A stretch of 63,670 nucleotides of DNA, the filler included, from Trichomonas gallinae (Eukaryota): assembly GCA_008369845.1 (NCBI GenBank). It is 12 parts of 12 records of this genome, joined end to end, with 100 filler letters (N's around TTAATTAATTAA, not from the genome) between each part and the next. Parts side by side here need not be neighbours in the genome. Positions count along the whole stretch, not along the records: positions 62,624 to 63,670 come from MRSU01001392.1; 11 more parts are not named here. One strand, given 5' to 3'. Both the position numbers and the translations under genes were made by a program. The notes under the pieces are model-generated. The model made no database searches. It was not told the origin of the DNA and saw only the letters and a list, made by a program, of their open reading frames with translations. Shown one piece after another: positions 62,624-63,670 of this stretch. Positions within the stretch are counted from its first letter, which is position 1; every line of letters begins with the position of its first letter.

Positions 62624-63670
62624 GATAATATATTGAATGGAATATCTGCTACTCCTCTTCCAAATGCTATCGAGAGAAGGACTCAATTTGATAATCAAGA
62701 TCTACCACCACTTGCAGCAATAATTAATGAAGTTCAACCAAATGAAAATGATACAGATCTTAGGAAAAGCTTTTTGAAAATATGCACAATTCGTGGTCGT
62801 TCAATGAAATTCGATAATTACACAAATTTGTTCAAATGCCGAAACAAATCATGTAAAGCTATTTGTAAACTTGTTTACAATGAGAATACCGAACAATATT
62901 TTATTCAGAAAATAAATGAACATTCTGACAATTGCACAGGTTATCAATATGTCGAGTCATTTATGATAGATGATGCTATATCGGAGAAAGGTATGTTAAG
63001 AAATAGTGACAATTCTTCAAATTATAATAAAGAAATTAATAAAATGCTACCAATTCCAGTAAGAAATCGTAGAATTACAGCAAGATATAATGAAGCTGCT
63101 GAAACTTCACAACAAAAAAGGCTTGAACAATGGCATAGAATATTGGGACTTTTAATTTTTCTTTTTGAAAATGGTTGTTTAGTCTCAATTCTAACATACA
63201 ATTCTACAGAAGTAATAACTGATCCAAAAAATTTGTTAGAAAATAAGGAAATTGCGTATATTAAATCATTTTGTATCACTCCAATACATTCCATCGATTT
63301 TGTCAATTGTGAGTGTTTTTCAGGAGTATACATGTTGGATGGAACTCATTATCCATCTATTGCAGGGGGAAAAATAATAATTTGTGGTACTCCCTTGCCA
63401 AATAACCTTATTTTACCTGTCACTTTTGGGTGGTCAAATTCTGAAGATGCTGACTCATGCAACTTAGTTTGTGAGCAAGCTGAAAAGATAGCAGGCGATA
63501 AAATCCAAACAGTATTTTCTGATGAAGGTACTGGTCTCAGTAAAGCTATTGAGAATTATTTTCCATTTGAAAAAATTCGGAAATGTTCTTATCACTATGC
63601 AATGAAGCCATCTTCATCTCATGTTCAAAAATTGATATTTTCTTTATTCGATTCCAAACATCCAAATGAA
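62624..63670 (+). mobile_element. Mutator-like (MULE) transposase, open across the whole contig (349 codons, both ends truncated)
   Basis: Zn-finger-like FKCRNKSCKA...EHSDNC, first catalytic YMLDGTH, ILPVTFGW..SED..SC, and second catalytic FSDEGTGLSKAIENYFP....KCSYH (CxxH). No stops. Absent from the ORF track. Confidence 0.9.

Overview
This is AT-rich eukaryotic DNA from a trichomonad (Trichomonas-like). The evidence is TCA(T/C)T initiators just upstream of ATGs, almost no introns, one 25-nt trichomonad-type intron, Pmp-like surface proteins and lineage-type ankyrin genes. It is not one continuous molecule: 12 contigs are joined by eleven 100-nt N linkers carrying TTAATTAATTAA, so adjacency across linkers is mostly uninformative. 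Conserved genes include a cyclophilin-RRM (PPIL4-like), a GDH 3' end, a TALE homeodomain protein, a 5-domain mannose-6-phosphate-receptor-like protein, tRNA-Glu(TTC), a calpain-like pseudo-protease, a PP2A-A-like HEAT protein, SRAP/HMCES, CAND1, NCKAP1/Nap1, TVP23, CDC7, a karyopherin-like HEAT protein, an intron-containing CARMIL-like LRR protein and eIF3m. Also present are a bacterial-type extended SDR with a Zn ribbon and tail anchor, two glycosyltransferase-like paralog sets, a decayed IS481-like integrase and an open MULE transposase that the ORF track missed. The main unexplained signal is non-coding. An intergenic element TGACATGTAAA occurs in 9 exact copies plus variants, often with a second half-site at fixed spacing, and helically phased TGAC(A) arrays occur, one of them in the TALE homeobox gene's own promoter. 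Together these suggest a candidate homeodomain cis-regulatory or boundary system. All protein calls come from motif recognition by eye; no searches were run.
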